Source: the human T2T-CHM13v2.0 reference genome, Homo sapiens. Taken from it: a stretch of 64,000 bases of DNA. Under the pieces are notes generated by a model that was not told where the DNA came from, searched no databases, and saw nothing but the letters and a program-made list of their open reading frames with translations. Positions within the stretch are counted from its first letter, which is position 1. Every line of letters begins with the position of its first letter. Made by a program: the position numbers and the translations under genes. This document shows, piece after piece, positions 26,053-39,954 of the stretch. The stretch is from NCBI RefSeq assembly GCF_009914755.1, contig NC_060931.1; one strand, given 5' to 3'.

Positions 26053-26988
26053 AGGAATCTTTTTTTTTTATCACCATTTAATTCATTCTTAAGATTTCTT
26101 CTGGTTGAAAACTACCATCTTTTGTATCACTCCCCTAAAACACAACCTCTATCAACTTCATAATGAAGGGGCCTTAAGTTACTGGTTCCAGTAAAAGATA
26201 AACTTGAAAAGTTCTTCCCCATGAAGCTGAGTGAGTAAGTAAGAACATATGCGAATATTTCAAAGGAAGCTGAGACAGTGAATACAGGCTGTTACTTAGG
26301 GCTAACTTTTCCTCTCACAATCCACAAACATGAATACGTTCTTTCAATATAACCTTTAATGACCACAGACTATGTACTAAAATTATGCAAAGGTTCTCCA
26401 AGACCTCAACATGCACAAGACAAAGATCTTGCTCTTAACAAGGTCAAAACTGCAATGCAATACAATGGGCCAAGTTCTTAACACCACCAATGAGAATAAA
26501 GTCCTGGGAGTATATGGAGAAGTAAACAGCCAATTCTGTCTAGGAGTGGGAAAGCAGAATGACTCTGAGAAAGGAAGGACCCTAGCTGTGGGCCTTGAAA
26601 CCTCCTATTTGGGCTTCTGCCAGGTGGCAAAGAGAAAATGAAAATAGGGGAAAGAGTCACTCTAGTCACAGAGACTGCCTGCAGGCACAAATACTTTGAG
26701 GGCCTGCTGGAGAACAGGTATGTAGAAGTTAGGGAAGATGTGAAGGGATATGATTCTGGAAACAATCGTGAATAACATGATAAAAGTTTGCCTGCATTAT
26801 CCTATATGCAGTAGGAAACTCAAAGGCTTTTAAACAGAGGACTAGACTGGTATCAGTATCAAAAGTGAGTTGGAATGAGAGAATGGAATAGGAAGATAAA
26901 TTATTGAGCTCTTAAAACTATATACCGGGTGAAAAACAATGAGGTCCTGACTAGAGGCAGCAACAGCAGTTGTCATAGAAAAGGATAC

Positions 26989-27371
26989 TGTATTAGTCCA
27001 TTCTTGTGCTGCTAATAAAGACATACCCAAGACTGGGTAATTTATAAAGGAAAGAGGTTTAATTGACTCACAGTTCAGCATGGCTGGGGAAGCCTCAGGA
27101 AACTTACAATCATGGCAGAAGGGGAAGCAAACATGTCCTTCTTCACATGGCGGCAGGAGAAATGCCGAGCAAAAGGGGGAAAAGGCCCTTATATTATAAA
27201 ACCATCAGATGTAGTGAGAACTAACTTATTATCATGAGAACAGGATGGAGGGAACCTCTCCCATAATTCAATTTTCTCCCACCAGGTCCCTCCCACAACC
27301 CGTGGGGATTATGGGAACTACAATTCAAGTTTTGTAGCAGCTTTGGGTGGGAACACAGCCAAACCATATCA
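26989..27371 (-). mobile_element. THE1C/D solo LTR
   Basis: tgtattagtccattc...gctgctaataaagacatacccaagactggg...gccaaaccatatca. Confidence 0.93.
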
Positions 27372-27379
27372 GTAAATTT

Positions 27380-27900
27380 TTATTTCAATTGTTTAACTAT
27401 TATGAATGGGCTCATTCTGTATATAATCCCCAATTTGACTTTTATGTTCAACATTATTCTTGAGGTTTACCCATAAGGATACATATAGTTTTAGTTCTTT
27501 CTGCTTTATAGAATTTAATTTACTGAGTCCATTATAGTTATTTATCCATCTTACTCATGGACATTTAGGTTGCTTCCAATGTTTTTCTCTAACAAACAAT
27601 ACAGCAGTGAACAGAGCATACATGAGACGTCCCAATACATGTGCCACACTTTTACATATCTGGAAATAGAACTGGAGGTTTATGGTGCTATCAGGCATAA
27701 AACATGAAACACCTTAAACCTAACTAATTACTTATTACCAAATCATTCTCCAAGCTGGTTGTTCCAAATGATATTGCCATTAATAAAACATGAGCTCCCA
27801 TCTTACATGTCTTTGCCCATACTTGGTGTAGTCAAACTATTTAATTTGAACAAATTTGTGAGTGTAGAAACGATATTCTTGTTCTGGTTTTATATTATGC
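27380..27900 (-). mobile_element. Old L1ME fragment
   Basis: atggacatttaggttgcttccaatg...aacaatacagcagtgaaca. Confidence 0.65.
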
Positions 27901-28097
27901 TTCCAGAATCGAAAGGTATTTCCAAAGTATAATCCATGAATTAGGATGTGGACAGTGAAGGACAGAGAAGAAAACTATGGAGTGTTCTGCTTGGGTAACA
28001 AAAGTAGAAATATCTGTTAGGAACTACATTTAACTGCAACCGATAAGATACTTCCTCCTTATCTCCAAATGGTGGCCTAAATATACAAGGGCTTATT

Positions 28098-28446
28098 TGC
28101 TATGGGCTGAAAGTTTCTGTCCCGCCAAAACTGGTATGTTGAAACCTAATCACCAACCTGATGGTATTAGGAGTTGGAGCCTTTGGGCGGTGATCAAGTC
28201 ATGAGGGCTCCCCCTTTGCATGGGATTAATACCCTTATGAAAGAGAGCCCAGAGAGCTGTCTTGCCTTCCACCACGTGAGGACACAAAGAAGGCATCATC
28301 TATGATGCAGGCAGCCCTCACCAGACACTGAATCTGCCAGCACCTTGATCGTGGACTTCACAGTCTCCAGACTGTAAGCAACCCATTTCTATTGTTTATA
28401 AATTACCCGGTTTATGATATTTGTTATAGCAGCCTGAACTACTACA
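28098..28446 (+). mobile_element. MLT1A0-like solo LTR
   Basis: tgctatgggctgaaag...ccagacactgaatctgccagcaccttgatc...ttgttatagcagcctgaac. Confidence 0.9.
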
Positions 28447-28793
28447 TTGCCACATGAAAATCCACAGGTAGGCATTCCAAAGCTGATATGGCAGCTTCAT
28501 GGTTATAATGACCAAAGATCCTTCTATCCCAGCTTCAATTTTCAAGGTCTCCTTAGGGACCAAGATGGCTTCTGAAACTCTAGTCATCACTCAAATTTGA
28601 AGGCCAGAAGAAGGAAAAGTTGAAGAGCAAAAGGGTATACCTCCCAGCTGAAGTTGTTTGTTTGTTTGTTTGTTTGTTTTTAGGCTTCCTGGAAGTCCCA
28701 TACAATACTCCTAAATAACATACACAGGCAAGACCTTAGTCACACGGCCATACCTAGCTGCAAGGAAAACTGAATAATGAGGTTTTGTTTTGA

Positions 28794-28798
28794 TGTGT

Positions 28799-28848
<50 letters not shown>
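28794..28848. repeat. (TG)n microsatellite; (TTTG)n also at about 28654-28680
   Basis: Directly visible. Confidence 0.97.
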
Positions 28849-28851
<3 letters not shown>

Positions 28852-29263
28852 GAGAGCAAAACTAATGTGGCCAAGAAAGAAAAAAAAAAAAGATTGTTAT
28901 TAAGGAAAAAGTATATAATGGGAGGCAACATTATTTGACATAGTAAATGATGTGATTAATTAAGATGCAGAACACAAGAACAAATGAAACAGAGTGCAAG
29001 GGGTAGGAATCAGTGTAGAAATAAAGATTAAAGAATTTTTAGCACAGAGATATTGGATGAAATCATAGGAACAGTTAAGATAGCCCAAGGAATCAGCACT
29101 GAGCAAGAAGAGATGGTGAGGTAAGTATCCCAGGAAATGCAGTATTTAAGAGAAAGAAAGAGAAAAGATAAATGAAGAAAACTAAGACATCAAGAATATT
29201 CAGAGAAGGAAGAACAACACTGTCCATAATCCAAAGGACCAAGGTCTCTGAGGATGGAGGAGG

Positions 29264-29710
29264 TGTAAGCTACTGGTAATTGTCTGCCCAGTAGCCATTC
29301 TCCTGTGCTTCTTTGTGGCTGACAAGAATTCCAATTTTGTTCAGCTATTAGGAAGCTATGTGCTTGAGGAGAGCTTGGGCTCCTCCCCAACCCCAGCTGT
29401 AAATCCTGACAATTCTAAACCTATCAGGTAAAATCCCATTTCCCCTTGCTATTGATTGGCTTAAGCAAGTGCATCTGAAACAATCCTGGCCAATGGAACT
29501 CTAGGGAAAGTTTGGGAAACAAAAAGTTAACATGTTGCATGTTTTAAAAAATTAAACACGCAGGAAGAAAAGACTAAAGAAACTGGGTCCTTGAGGACAC
29601 AGTCAACCCACTGAATTAAGCAACTCTGGAACTTCCCTAATTTTAGACTTTTTAAATGTAGTTTCTTCTATTTGGGTTTTCCATTACTTGCAGCCAAAAT
29701 CACCCTAATA
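29264..29710 (+). mobile_element. MLT1I/J-like LTR
   Basis: tgtctgcccagtagccattctcc...ttgggttttccattacttgcagccaaaatcaccctaa. Confidence 0.7.
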
Positions 29711-29852
29711 GTCAACAGTATCAAACATTAACAGGCCAAAATGTCATCACGAGGCCTTGGGAGACAGTGAAGATTTAGAATGGAATGACCCAGTTCAGTC
29801 ACTGAGAAGGGGGAAAAAATCAGTAACAGGGGGCTATAACTAAAGTTAGGAG

Positions 29853-30040
29853 GGTGGGAGGAAAGAGGAGGGAGAGCATTAGGACAAATATCTAATGCAT
29901 GCAGGTCTTAAAACCTAGATGATGGGTTGGCAGGTGCAGCAAATCACCATGGCACATGTATACCTATGTAACAAACCTGCATGTTCTGCACATGTATCCC
30001 AGAACTAAAAGAAAGAAAGAAAAATAAATACATAAATAAA
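29853..30040 (+). mobile_element. 5'-truncated L1PA (about PA7/8) 3' end with TSD
   Basis: gagagcattaggacaaata...caccatggcacatgtatacctatgtaacaaacctgc; TSD taaagttRggag at 29841-29852 and 30041-30052. Confidence 0.92.
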
Positions 30041-30813
30041 TAAAGTTGGGAGAATTTCTTCCTATTGACTTCTGTTTCTAGATGAAATGAAAACAAGTTC
30101 AAATGCTGCCAATGAGATTGTGAAAGAAAGTTATATTCTTGAAGAGCATAATAAAGGTTTGAAATAGCTGCTACAAAAAAAATGGGAAAGGGTTTGAACT
30201 TTGGATCTGAAAATATATTTTCAGATCAAAAGCTTCTGTTAATATTAAAATCATAAATTTGTAAGAAAGCCAATAAGCAGAGTGGTAAACTGAGTACAAA
30301 GACAGAAGAAGTGGACTGTTGTGTTGAAACACAGTTGGAGAAAGAAATGAATCCTATAGAAGATCAGGAGGTGTAGAAATTACTGGTACCAATGACAGAT
30401 CATCAAAAGGGTTGACTATATAGCCCAGGTACACCAGGGGAGAAGTAAAGAGTGTGGAAGAGTAAAGACCAGACAGGCTGAACAGGGTGCAGATCAGGGA
30501 ATAAATTCACAATGAGTCTGAAGAAAAGGTTTAGTGAGAGAAAGCAGATGGGAAAGACAGGGGCCATGATGGAGGAAAGGGTATTTCAGAGATAACCATC
30601 TCAAAGTGAGAGCACCAGTGTTTGGCCACTGGAGCGGGCGGCTGAGGTGGTATGGGAGGTACCTAAAACCAAGGAGATGAGGAACGGTGAATGAAGATGT
30701 CAGGTAAGTCCTCAATATAAGCACAGCAGAGGATAACAACAGGCCAGGAACTCTAAGGCAAACAGGAGACAGCTACAAACCAAAGCTCACACTTCCCACA
30801 TCGCTCTTCTTAA

Positions 30814-31134
<321 letters not shown>

Positions 31135-31339
31135 AACATTGCTTTCTTTTAAGGAGAATTCTATTTGCCTTAGCAATAGTTTCAGGTAGATGACCTTTCA
31201 CATATGTATAAGAAATGTTGCCCTGAACCCTGGGAAAATCCTAAAAATTCCAGTCTACTATCAGATAACTCCTCCTAATTGGGTCTTACTTCTTATCAAT
31301 TTAGAAAAACCCTGGAGGAATAAAATGAGAAAAGTGGAG

Positions 31340-31650
31340 ATGAATCCAATGCATCTAGGATATTTCTTAAAGTCTCTACTCCCAACATTTCCCCTCTTTC
31401 TACTCCTGCTGCTCCCTGCCAGGTTCAGGTAGCAATTATCATCTCTCGCCTACCTGACTACAATATCTCCTACCTAGCTTTCCAAGGTGTAGTGAGCTCT
31501 CCCCACTAAATGATGCCACACACAGTTGCCAAATGAATCCTCCTAAAGCATCTCTTTGAATACTCCTCTCTATGCAAAGACCTGCAGTGACTCCTCTTCA
31601 CCCAGAGCACTGGCTTTCAAGCTCTTATAGCACCTGCATCCCGTAAGATA
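31340..31650 (+). mobile_element. L2 fragment
   Basis: atcatctctcgcctacctgactacaata...tgaatcctcctaaagca. Confidence 0.6.
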
Positions 31651-32646
31651 GGTGACAGTATTCCCACCACTAAAATCAAGTAATGACAATCTGTTCTCCC
31701 ACTTGACCATAATCACACCTAATAGAAGAGCTCTCTGATTTAGCATAAAATAACACATTTAGTTATCTGAAGTGTAATACATCATTGCATGGAATTCTAA
31801 ATGCAAAACTTGTGAACAAATGATGTATAAAATGAAGTACAACTATACAGTGGTGGTATTGAAGGCCTCCTAAGCGCCAACTCAACCTTCCTTTCCCCCT
31901 TTATCACTCACATTTTACTCCACTTATCCTAAATGCAAGACAAGCCAGGCAGGCTGTATAGTTACCAGTATCCACACTTCAGTGTCATTCTAAGGACTCA
32001 GGGCTGTGTTTTGCTCACATCTCTCTTTGTAACACATAACGCAACAGAAAAGAAAAAGCTTTGTTCTGTGAGGCTTGCTGCCCATCTGCTCCAAGTACTT
32101 TGGGCACCACCAGAAATGTATGTTGTGTCCAGCTGACTCAAGAAGCCTTCCCTTAACAATATCTCAAGATGCTTTTTTTTTTTTTAACCTCAGAACTTTA
32201 TAAGAAAACAAACGGGCTATTTGAAAAGAATGAATTTCATACCATACGGAATGAACTAAACCACATTTACTAAATAGTCAATCTAAACATAGGTATTCTT
32301 TTATACAACTAATATAATGAAACGGTAGTTCTAAATACAGCTAAGGGCCCCCACACCTGACCACGGCACTAAGTGCACTTGTAGCCAGGAGTGCCTGAAG
32401 CCATGTCTGTCTGGTGCCTTTCCAGACACTGCTTCTGTTGTTTCCTGGATTTAGATCCTTCACGGGCCTCTTCTCTGTCCCATGGTAATCCATGCATTCC
32501 ACGCTGATCACCAGCAGAATAGGGAATCCTGCTATCAGGTCTCATCTACTCAACCATAGAGAATTTAGAGTCCCTGAAATATTAGGACAAATGCAAAGTA
32601 TGAAAGCTTCTGTGTTTCTATGGTGATGGCCATTTTTCTTCCTGTT

Positions 32647-32940
32647 AGGTGCAAGCCTTCAGTTCCTTTTCTGAAACCTTCAAGGCTAGGAATATTCAAA
32701 ATGGCTTTTTTAAGGTAATACAATACATATGTCGTATATTTTATAACACCTCCAGCAGGGCCTAGAGCAGCACCTCACAGTCAAAAACACTGATATTTTT
32801 GCACGTATGAACATCCCTATTAAGTGGGATAACGATCATGAATAGCCTCATGGCAGGACAGGGCAAACTTTGCCATCAAATGAAGTCCACAAGAAGCCCA
32901 AAACCTGTCACTGTACAGATTTCACAACGGTGATTAAGAA
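32647..32940. mobile_element. MER46C-like TcMar-Tigger relic
   Basis: aaggtaatacaatacatat...aacacctccagcagggcctagagcagcacc...taagtgggata...aatagcctca. Confidence 0.75.
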
Positions 32941-34361
32941 ACTACATTACAAACAACTGTGTGACACTGGAAATTAAGGAGCTGAGCAGTGCTATTGCTT
33001 CTTCTGCAAAGGTAAGATGCTATGGCAATGCCTACCTGCAAAGGCCATCCTCTCTCTGGCTCCAAACAGAACACCAACCCAGGGCTAGAAGAAATGCCCA
33101 GGTAAAATGGAACATCAGAAAGTTTTCCCACATTATGCTGTAGATCATTAAGTCCTTACTATAGTCTGTCCTGTCTATGGCAGCCCAGGGGTTCGTGAAT
33201 TCACTAATTTATGTCCCTTCCATGGTTGCCCTGGTGCAGTGCCATGCCCAGTACACTGGCTAGATCCATGCTGACGAATCTGACCCTCTCACTCCCCAAT
33301 ACTCTAGGTCACACCACAGCAAATCATGACACAGTGAATGAGACAAGAATACTGAAGCTATGAGGCAGCCTGTACATATGTGCTTGTACCTTAAAGGCTT
33401 AAAGGAAGGACAAAAAACATTTCAGTCTGTTCATTTAGTTATTTCATTCCAATACAAAAAGCAGTCAAGCACCACATTCATAAATTGAAGTTTATCACCT
33501 CAAATCTTACCTGCATAGTTTCTATATTTGCTTTGGTGGGATATTTTAATGACTGAAATAACAGCATACCTTTCTAAGAAGAGTTCCGTTAAACTAGATA
33601 AGATCAGAGTTAACACTATAACTCTGTATCTCTACATATCTCCAAGGAAACCCATATACTATTAGAGTCATGCTAAGAAACAGATTCAATTTTGAAACAG
33701 ATCAGGCAAGTGGAATTTACTAAAATGGAAATGTGACTCTAAGAAAAGCTTTCACGTTCCCTGGTGCTGACTATATCTTCACTATGACATGACTAAATTG
33801 GATGGACTGCTGAAGATGTCATTATCCAGAATAAATATCATAAATAGATATGCCTTCGGTTGGTCCATTTTGAATCTTGATATTTATCATTGTACTCCAC
33901 CAGATAAGTCAATTTGTGAAATTTACTTATGTTTCAGATTAAACACAAACTGGAAGAGACAATAATAGTTGAATTAAGAATCCTTTACTTAATCAGTCTT
34001 CCTGGCATGGACAGGAGACTATAAGTAGTCAATAATTTCCTTTCATCGGCAAAGAAAAACCAAGGAAGAAATTTAAAATTTTCCAGTCTAAAGTAAAAAA
34101 AAAAAAAAAAAAATTAAGAAAACATTTTTATTAGGGAGAAACCAAAGATTAAAAGTTATCTTGACTTGAAGAGATTACTGGATTCTTCGTATTCTAAAAT
34201 AAGATGTCTGGTTACAATAGTGGCTGTAACATCTCCTAAAGTTATTGTGAGACTTTGAGCAAAGGCTTCTATTTTCTCATTTGCATTAAACTTACCTGAT
34301 CATTACTGGGACTAAGTTGGTGATGTTAAGAAGAAACTCCAAGTGTTAAAAATGCCATGGT

Positions 34362-34697
<336 letters not shown>

Positions 34698-35379
34698 TTA
34701 TCCTCTCCCTTTCAAAAGAGAAGGAATGCCAAAGGTTCTTCTGTATGTGCTATTTTATCCAAAGGTTTGTACCACAATATGGTATTTGTATTTTTCTTAT
34801 CTAGCAAAGTACGTAACTCCTCTATAAGGCCCTTCTCATTTGCTTTAATAGTGACATTTTAAATGAATGAACAACCACATCATTCTCAAAAAATATTTTA
34901 GAAACCAGAAAACAGGAAACAATAATTCTGGCCCAATGGAGTTAACATCTGATTTTCTTTTCCTGATAGATTCCATGACTAGATTTTTCCTCGTATTTGA
35001 GAAAGCAGCATTCTTAAACCAAAACCGCCACTGCCAGGTCCTTTGGTGGCAAACCCTACTCAAGATTTGATTACTTGAGTATCAAGTCTTGGGTGGAGTT
35101 TACCACCTATATTATCTTAAGTAATATTATCACTTGATAATAAAGGAACAAATAAAAAAGAAAAACACTTCATTTCAAATCTAGTACCATTTCTCTTCCA
35201 CATGATAATCCTTCCCTCCTTCAATCAACCCTTCTTTTTTCCAGGCTAAACATCTCCATTTAATTCATTCATTCTCCCACAACATGGTTTCCAGTTCTTT
35301 CTCCATCCTATTCACTCTTCTAATGGCAGAATCCATCATGAGTATGTGCTCTGACCACCTAACACAGTGTCCTGTATAT

Positions 35380-35545
35380 TTATTCATTCAACATAGACTT
35401 AGTGACACCAGGTATTGATATTATTCTAGGAATTGGAGATATATCAGTGACAAAAATCACTGCTATCTTAAAGCTTAACATCTCATCTAGCACCTAGAAC
35501 AAGGCCAGACACAAAGTAAGCACTCACTAAATACTTGTTGAAAAC
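35380..35545. mobile_element. Two oppositely oriented L2 3'-end fragments
   Basis: tattcattcaaca... (minus) followed by ctagcacctagaac...aaatacttgttgaa (plus). Confidence 0.6.
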
Positions 35546-35898
35546 ATCCTGCACGAAGGGCAGTATCTGAATTTGAACACAATGATTCCAAATGTGGTTG
35601 AACATGTTGAAAGTGGCACACTCTGATACGGTGAAATGATTACTGGCAGCAAGGGGAAAAAAATAGAAGTACACGTAAGACCCTGAAAAGCTAAGCAGTC
35701 TAGAGTCCCTTTGCAACTCATTTTATAGCTTGAGGACATAACTACATTAATCACAATGTAAGAGGTAAGATGCTGATTGTTCGTTCATAAGAGGTTCGAA
35801 TTATGTTAAGGCTCTGTTCAAAGAAAGAATACAGTGGAGAATACATTTTAGAGTGATGCATAAACAGTTGATTTCAAACATTTTTATTTCTTAGTACT

Positions 35899-36460
35899 TG
35901 TTCCAGTTAGTATTGTTAAGTAACAAAGTACCCCAAAACATAGCAGCTATTTTATCTGGCTCATAATTTAAATGGTGAAGAATTCAGGAAAGGCTGGGCT
36001 GGGCAGCTCTGGCTCAGGGTCTCTCATTTGATGGCAATCAGATGCCAGGTGAGGCTGGAGCTAGGTGGGGCTAGAGTCATCTGAAGGCTCAGCTGGGTAG
36101 GTGTCCTAGGTGGCTCCCTCCCAAGGCTGGTAGTCAATGCTGGCTGTCAGCTGGGAGCTCAGCTGGGAGCTCAGCTGGGGCTGCTGGCTGGGTCACCTAC
36201 ACATGGTTTCTCCAGCATAGAATCTCAGAGTAGCCATACTTCTACTTGGCAGTTAGCATGGTCAGAGCTAATGTCCCAAGAGAAGTAAGCAGAAATTGCA
36301 CAGCCTTTTACAACCTAGACTACTAAGTTGTCACATAGAGTTATTTTTGCCGTACTTTTATTGGTTGGAGCAGACACAAATCAACTCGTATTTAAGAGAA
36401 GGGTACACAGACCTCACCTATCAATGAAAGAACTTCTGGTCAGTTTTTAAAACTTCCACA
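35899..36460 (-). mobile_element. MLT1F/G/H-like solo LTR
   Basis: gtaacaaagtaccccaaaac...ctggctcagggtctctcat...ttccaca; TSD gtact/gtgct. Confidence 0.8.
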
Positions 36461-37794
36461 GTGCTTAAAGGGGTAAGTTTCCATTAGTTAAAAAAATGTG
36501 TTTAGGTAGAAGACTATATTTTAGATATGAGACATTAAGAGGGAAGTAACAGACATTATCTGTTATTTTGCTCAGTACAAGTATCTTGTTTTGTTGAATA
36601 CGCTAAGCTTAACTGAATTATTAGCCTAACAAGAGGGTTACAAAGCTGCTTTTGGACTTTGGACTCCTAAGCAACAAAAGGCCACACCACCAGAGTCCTG
36701 CCATTAAGAAGGGCAGGCTCAGGTCCATCTTATCCACTCCATGTGGCAAACATTTCTCCCTCCTCTGCTCACATCATTTTTTATCATATGCTTTGGATTC
36801 ATGAGCTGAAGTAGCAGGGATGTGTGGGAGAAAGAGAAAGAGGAGAGTGAGGAGAGAGAGAAATTGACTCCATCTATATCATCTGCTTTGTGAGGATAAG
36901 AACTGTCTTAACTCTTTTTCTTTCCCACAACACTCATCAGGAATCCAATAAAGGTTTGCTGTTTGGCTTGTGCTCAAAACGAAAAGGATAAGCATTATTG
37001 TTCATTATTCTTGCCGCTTTCATGTCTTTAAATTGTACAACAAAGAAAACAATCTGTACCACAGAAGGCTGGACTGCTGAGTTCTAGCAAGGCATAGAGC
37101 TGTCTAAAAACAAAGTCAGGAGTGCCCCATCCTTGATGATGGTCAAGTCAAGGTGTTGTAGAAAGGAGTAAAACAACAGATGGAGGTTCTAAGATTCTAA
37201 GGTCCCTTCTAAGAAAGCCTTCTATAATTCCATAACAAAGGATTTAGAAAATAAAAGCAAAACTGAGTTCCTATAAATGTGTGGGATGTCACTATTCACT
37301 ATCCTCCTGCCAAAAATGTATTAACATAGAAAAAAAGACAGCTAGGAAATTCTCTGAATAAAGCTCTTCCAGGTAGAGTTCAATGGCTACAGAAGGAATC
37401 AGCTCACAGCATGTGTGCAGCCTGGCTTTACCCAGGCACCAGAAGCCTCCAGAGCATCACTCCTGACTGCTGCTTTTGCTCCCCACGTGACTACCCCTGA
37501 AAGCTGCATATTTTTATTTCACAGAAACTACCTTTCCTCAGTCCCTATCAAGAAATGAATTTCAAAGTAACATTTTTAGCATAATATTTAATCCCTAACC
37601 ATACCAACAACTTATCTATATGGGTAAGAAGGAAGCCAAATATTGCCAAAAATATCTAGGAATCACTATTTCTGAGTAGATAGCACAGTATTTATTGAAA
37701 TTTGAACATTAGAAATATGCTACAAACTAAACTATAATCTGAACACAAGTAATATATGCATGTGTATATATGTATACATACATATCCAATTAAA

Positions 37795-37822
<28 letters not shown>
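37795..37822. repeat. (CA)n microsatellite
   Basis: Directly visible. Confidence 0.95.
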
Positions 37823-37825
<3 letters not shown>

Positions 37826-38109
37826 TTGCATACTACCCATGTGCCAGATTCTGTGATCGGTGTTGGTAATTTGACACTGTACAGGGGAACAATATAATGT
37901 CCCCAAAGAGCTCTATCCATTCACTGTGTGCCAAAGATGCAAGAGATTATATCACAGATTAAGCTTTAAGAATGATTTTTTTAATCCAATGTTCATTTCT
38001 AAATCTTTTTCAAGAAATAAAAAAATCAAACTAAGACGACCTATCATATACCATACAGCAAGCTCACAGACCTATATAGAAATCCCTTGAGCTGGAGCTA
38101 ACAACAAGG

Positions 38110-38607
38110 ACACATCACAGAGAAACGGTCTCCCTTGGCTACGGAAGACAAAGCGAGAGAGAGAAGATTCTCAAGTGGTTTCAAGTCTGGGAATGATAGC
38201 CTAAAAAGAAAGTCTTAGGAGAAGACAGAAAAGTATTTTCAAATATTTGAAGCATTGTTGTACAGAAGACATCAGACTTATTCTACTTCAGAGGAAATAG
38301 CTGAAGTACTTCTATACAAAAGAATTAAACTTTTCTATTAATACTTCAGAAGGTAGACCTATGGCTTACAGGTGGAAGTCAAAGCAAGCAGATTTACCTC
38401 ATTTTTTTTTTTAAAAAGACCCTTCTAACAATTTGATAGCTCACAGCTGGAATGGGTTTCATGCAATGGTACTGAGTCACTGAAAAAGCTTTCAGAGGCT
38501 AAATGATGTCCATCAGCAAAGTTGTGTAGATTACAGAATCAGATGGTGTATAGGATTGGGTGATAATGCAATACCTTCTTCCAGCCCTATTCTATTATCC
38601 ATTCTAT
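38110..38607 (+). mobile_element. L3/CR1 3' fragment
   Basis: ttttcaaatatttgaag...gcagatttacctc...cttctaacaat...ttccagccctattctatt. Confidence 0.65.
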
Positions 38608-39292
38608 GGAAGAGGATGTCTCCATCTTTTCTTTGAGTAAATAATTCCCAAATCATCTATTAAAAATCTCAGGATCCTTAATTCTACATCTTTACTTGGT
38701 ATTTGTCTACCTAGGCTAATACTGAAGCCAGCTAATCTCACTAAGCCCTCTGTCATGAAGAGTGAAGAAAGACATCAGAAGTATCTTAACTGAGAGGGTA
38801 GATGGAGGTCCCTCAGGACAAGCTCTTCTGAGGTGTGGATACAAAGTATATGGCTGAATTATGAGTCATCACAGGAAATCAGTTGTTCGTAATAACAACA
38901 CTGCTCCTAGTCAACAGAAACAGAAATTAATTAAACAATTTCCAGGAGAAGGTTTTAGATCTGGCTTTTATGATGTTAATGACTTATCAAAAGAGTCTGC
39001 ATATCATGATGTCTCTAGACTTCTACTTCTTTATTTTTCCTTTGTAAACTGTGTCACACCAGGCGTATCTCACCATGAAAACATTGTGAGTAATCTCACC
39101 ACACTGGGGAGAATTCATATTAGTAGTTGAGCGTAAATTCACCTAGAATTTATCAATTTGCTTATTCACGTTAACAGAACCACATTTTACACACTGTATA
39201 ACCTGCCATTTTCATTTAACAATGTATTCCTGACATCTTTCCATAATATGACATACAGACCTACAGCATAGCTTCACAGTATTCATCACATA

Positions 39293-39489
39293 CTGTGTTC
39301 CACCAAGTCTGGAACACACTCTTTCTCATATTTTAATATCTCTGACATTGGGTGTGTCTCACATTTAACAGCCATCATAGTTTACCTGGCAGCATATTTT
39401 CCTTCCTCAGTGGGACATTTTCTTTCTTAGTGGTACATAAATTAATGGGGGATCTTACAATTGACAGTCTTTGATTCAATGAAATAGGT
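39293..39489. mobile_element. MER104-like Tc2 MITE
   Basis: catattttaatatctctgacattggg...cttacaattgacagtctttgattcaatgaaatagg. Confidence 0.7.
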
Positions 39490-39522
39490 TAGCTGAACTG
39501 TATATAATCAATCCATTTTGGA

Positions 39523-39954
39523 TGTTGGCAGCAGATCCTCTTGATGTCCCCTTGTCATATTCCCTCCACCCACCTCTGATTTCAGCCATTGCCATGGCGG
39601 GGAGTTCAGAGTAGGGTGGCCTCAAGCTGACAGCTCCCACTAAAGACAGCATAAGTGTCTCTTTTGTCCCCAGAGCCTTCTTTGAAGCTGGGTGGCATCA
39701 ACTCAGCCTGAAGGCAAGAGTGACCCAGAAAGGCGGAAGTACAAATGGCCCAGTGCACAACCTCAAGCAGAGGGGTACAGGGATGGCTGTGTAAATGCTC
39801 TAACTATAACACACTCTGTTATTATTGACTTTCTCCTTCCCTGCCTCTCTCCCCGCTCCCTCAGCGCTGCTTCCTAAGATCACCTCCCAAATAAATTATT
39901 TGCACCCAACTCCTTGCTTCAGGCTCTGCTTTCATGGGCCCCAAACTAAGCCCA
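39523..39954 (+). mobile_element. LTR16-like ERVL solo LTR
   Basis: gatcacctcccaaataaattatttgcacccaactccttgcttcaggctctgcttt...aaactaag. Confidence 0.8.

Larger units (their letters stand above)
28015..28930 (-). mobile_element. Old MLT1K/L-like LTR, split by MLT1A0 and microsatellites
   Basis: ccaagatggcttctg...agtcacacggccatacctagctgcaaggaaaactga. Confidence 0.6.
26340..30780 (-). mobile_element. Fragmented L2, broken by later insertions
   Basis: L2-like pieces at about 26340-26985, 27900-28000, 28940-29260, 29715-29830 and 30050-30780. Confidence 0.55.

Noticed and set aside
37484-37492. ccacgtgac E-box and scattered tgagtca AP-1 motifs
   Set aside because: Single short motifs do not support function without chromatin data.
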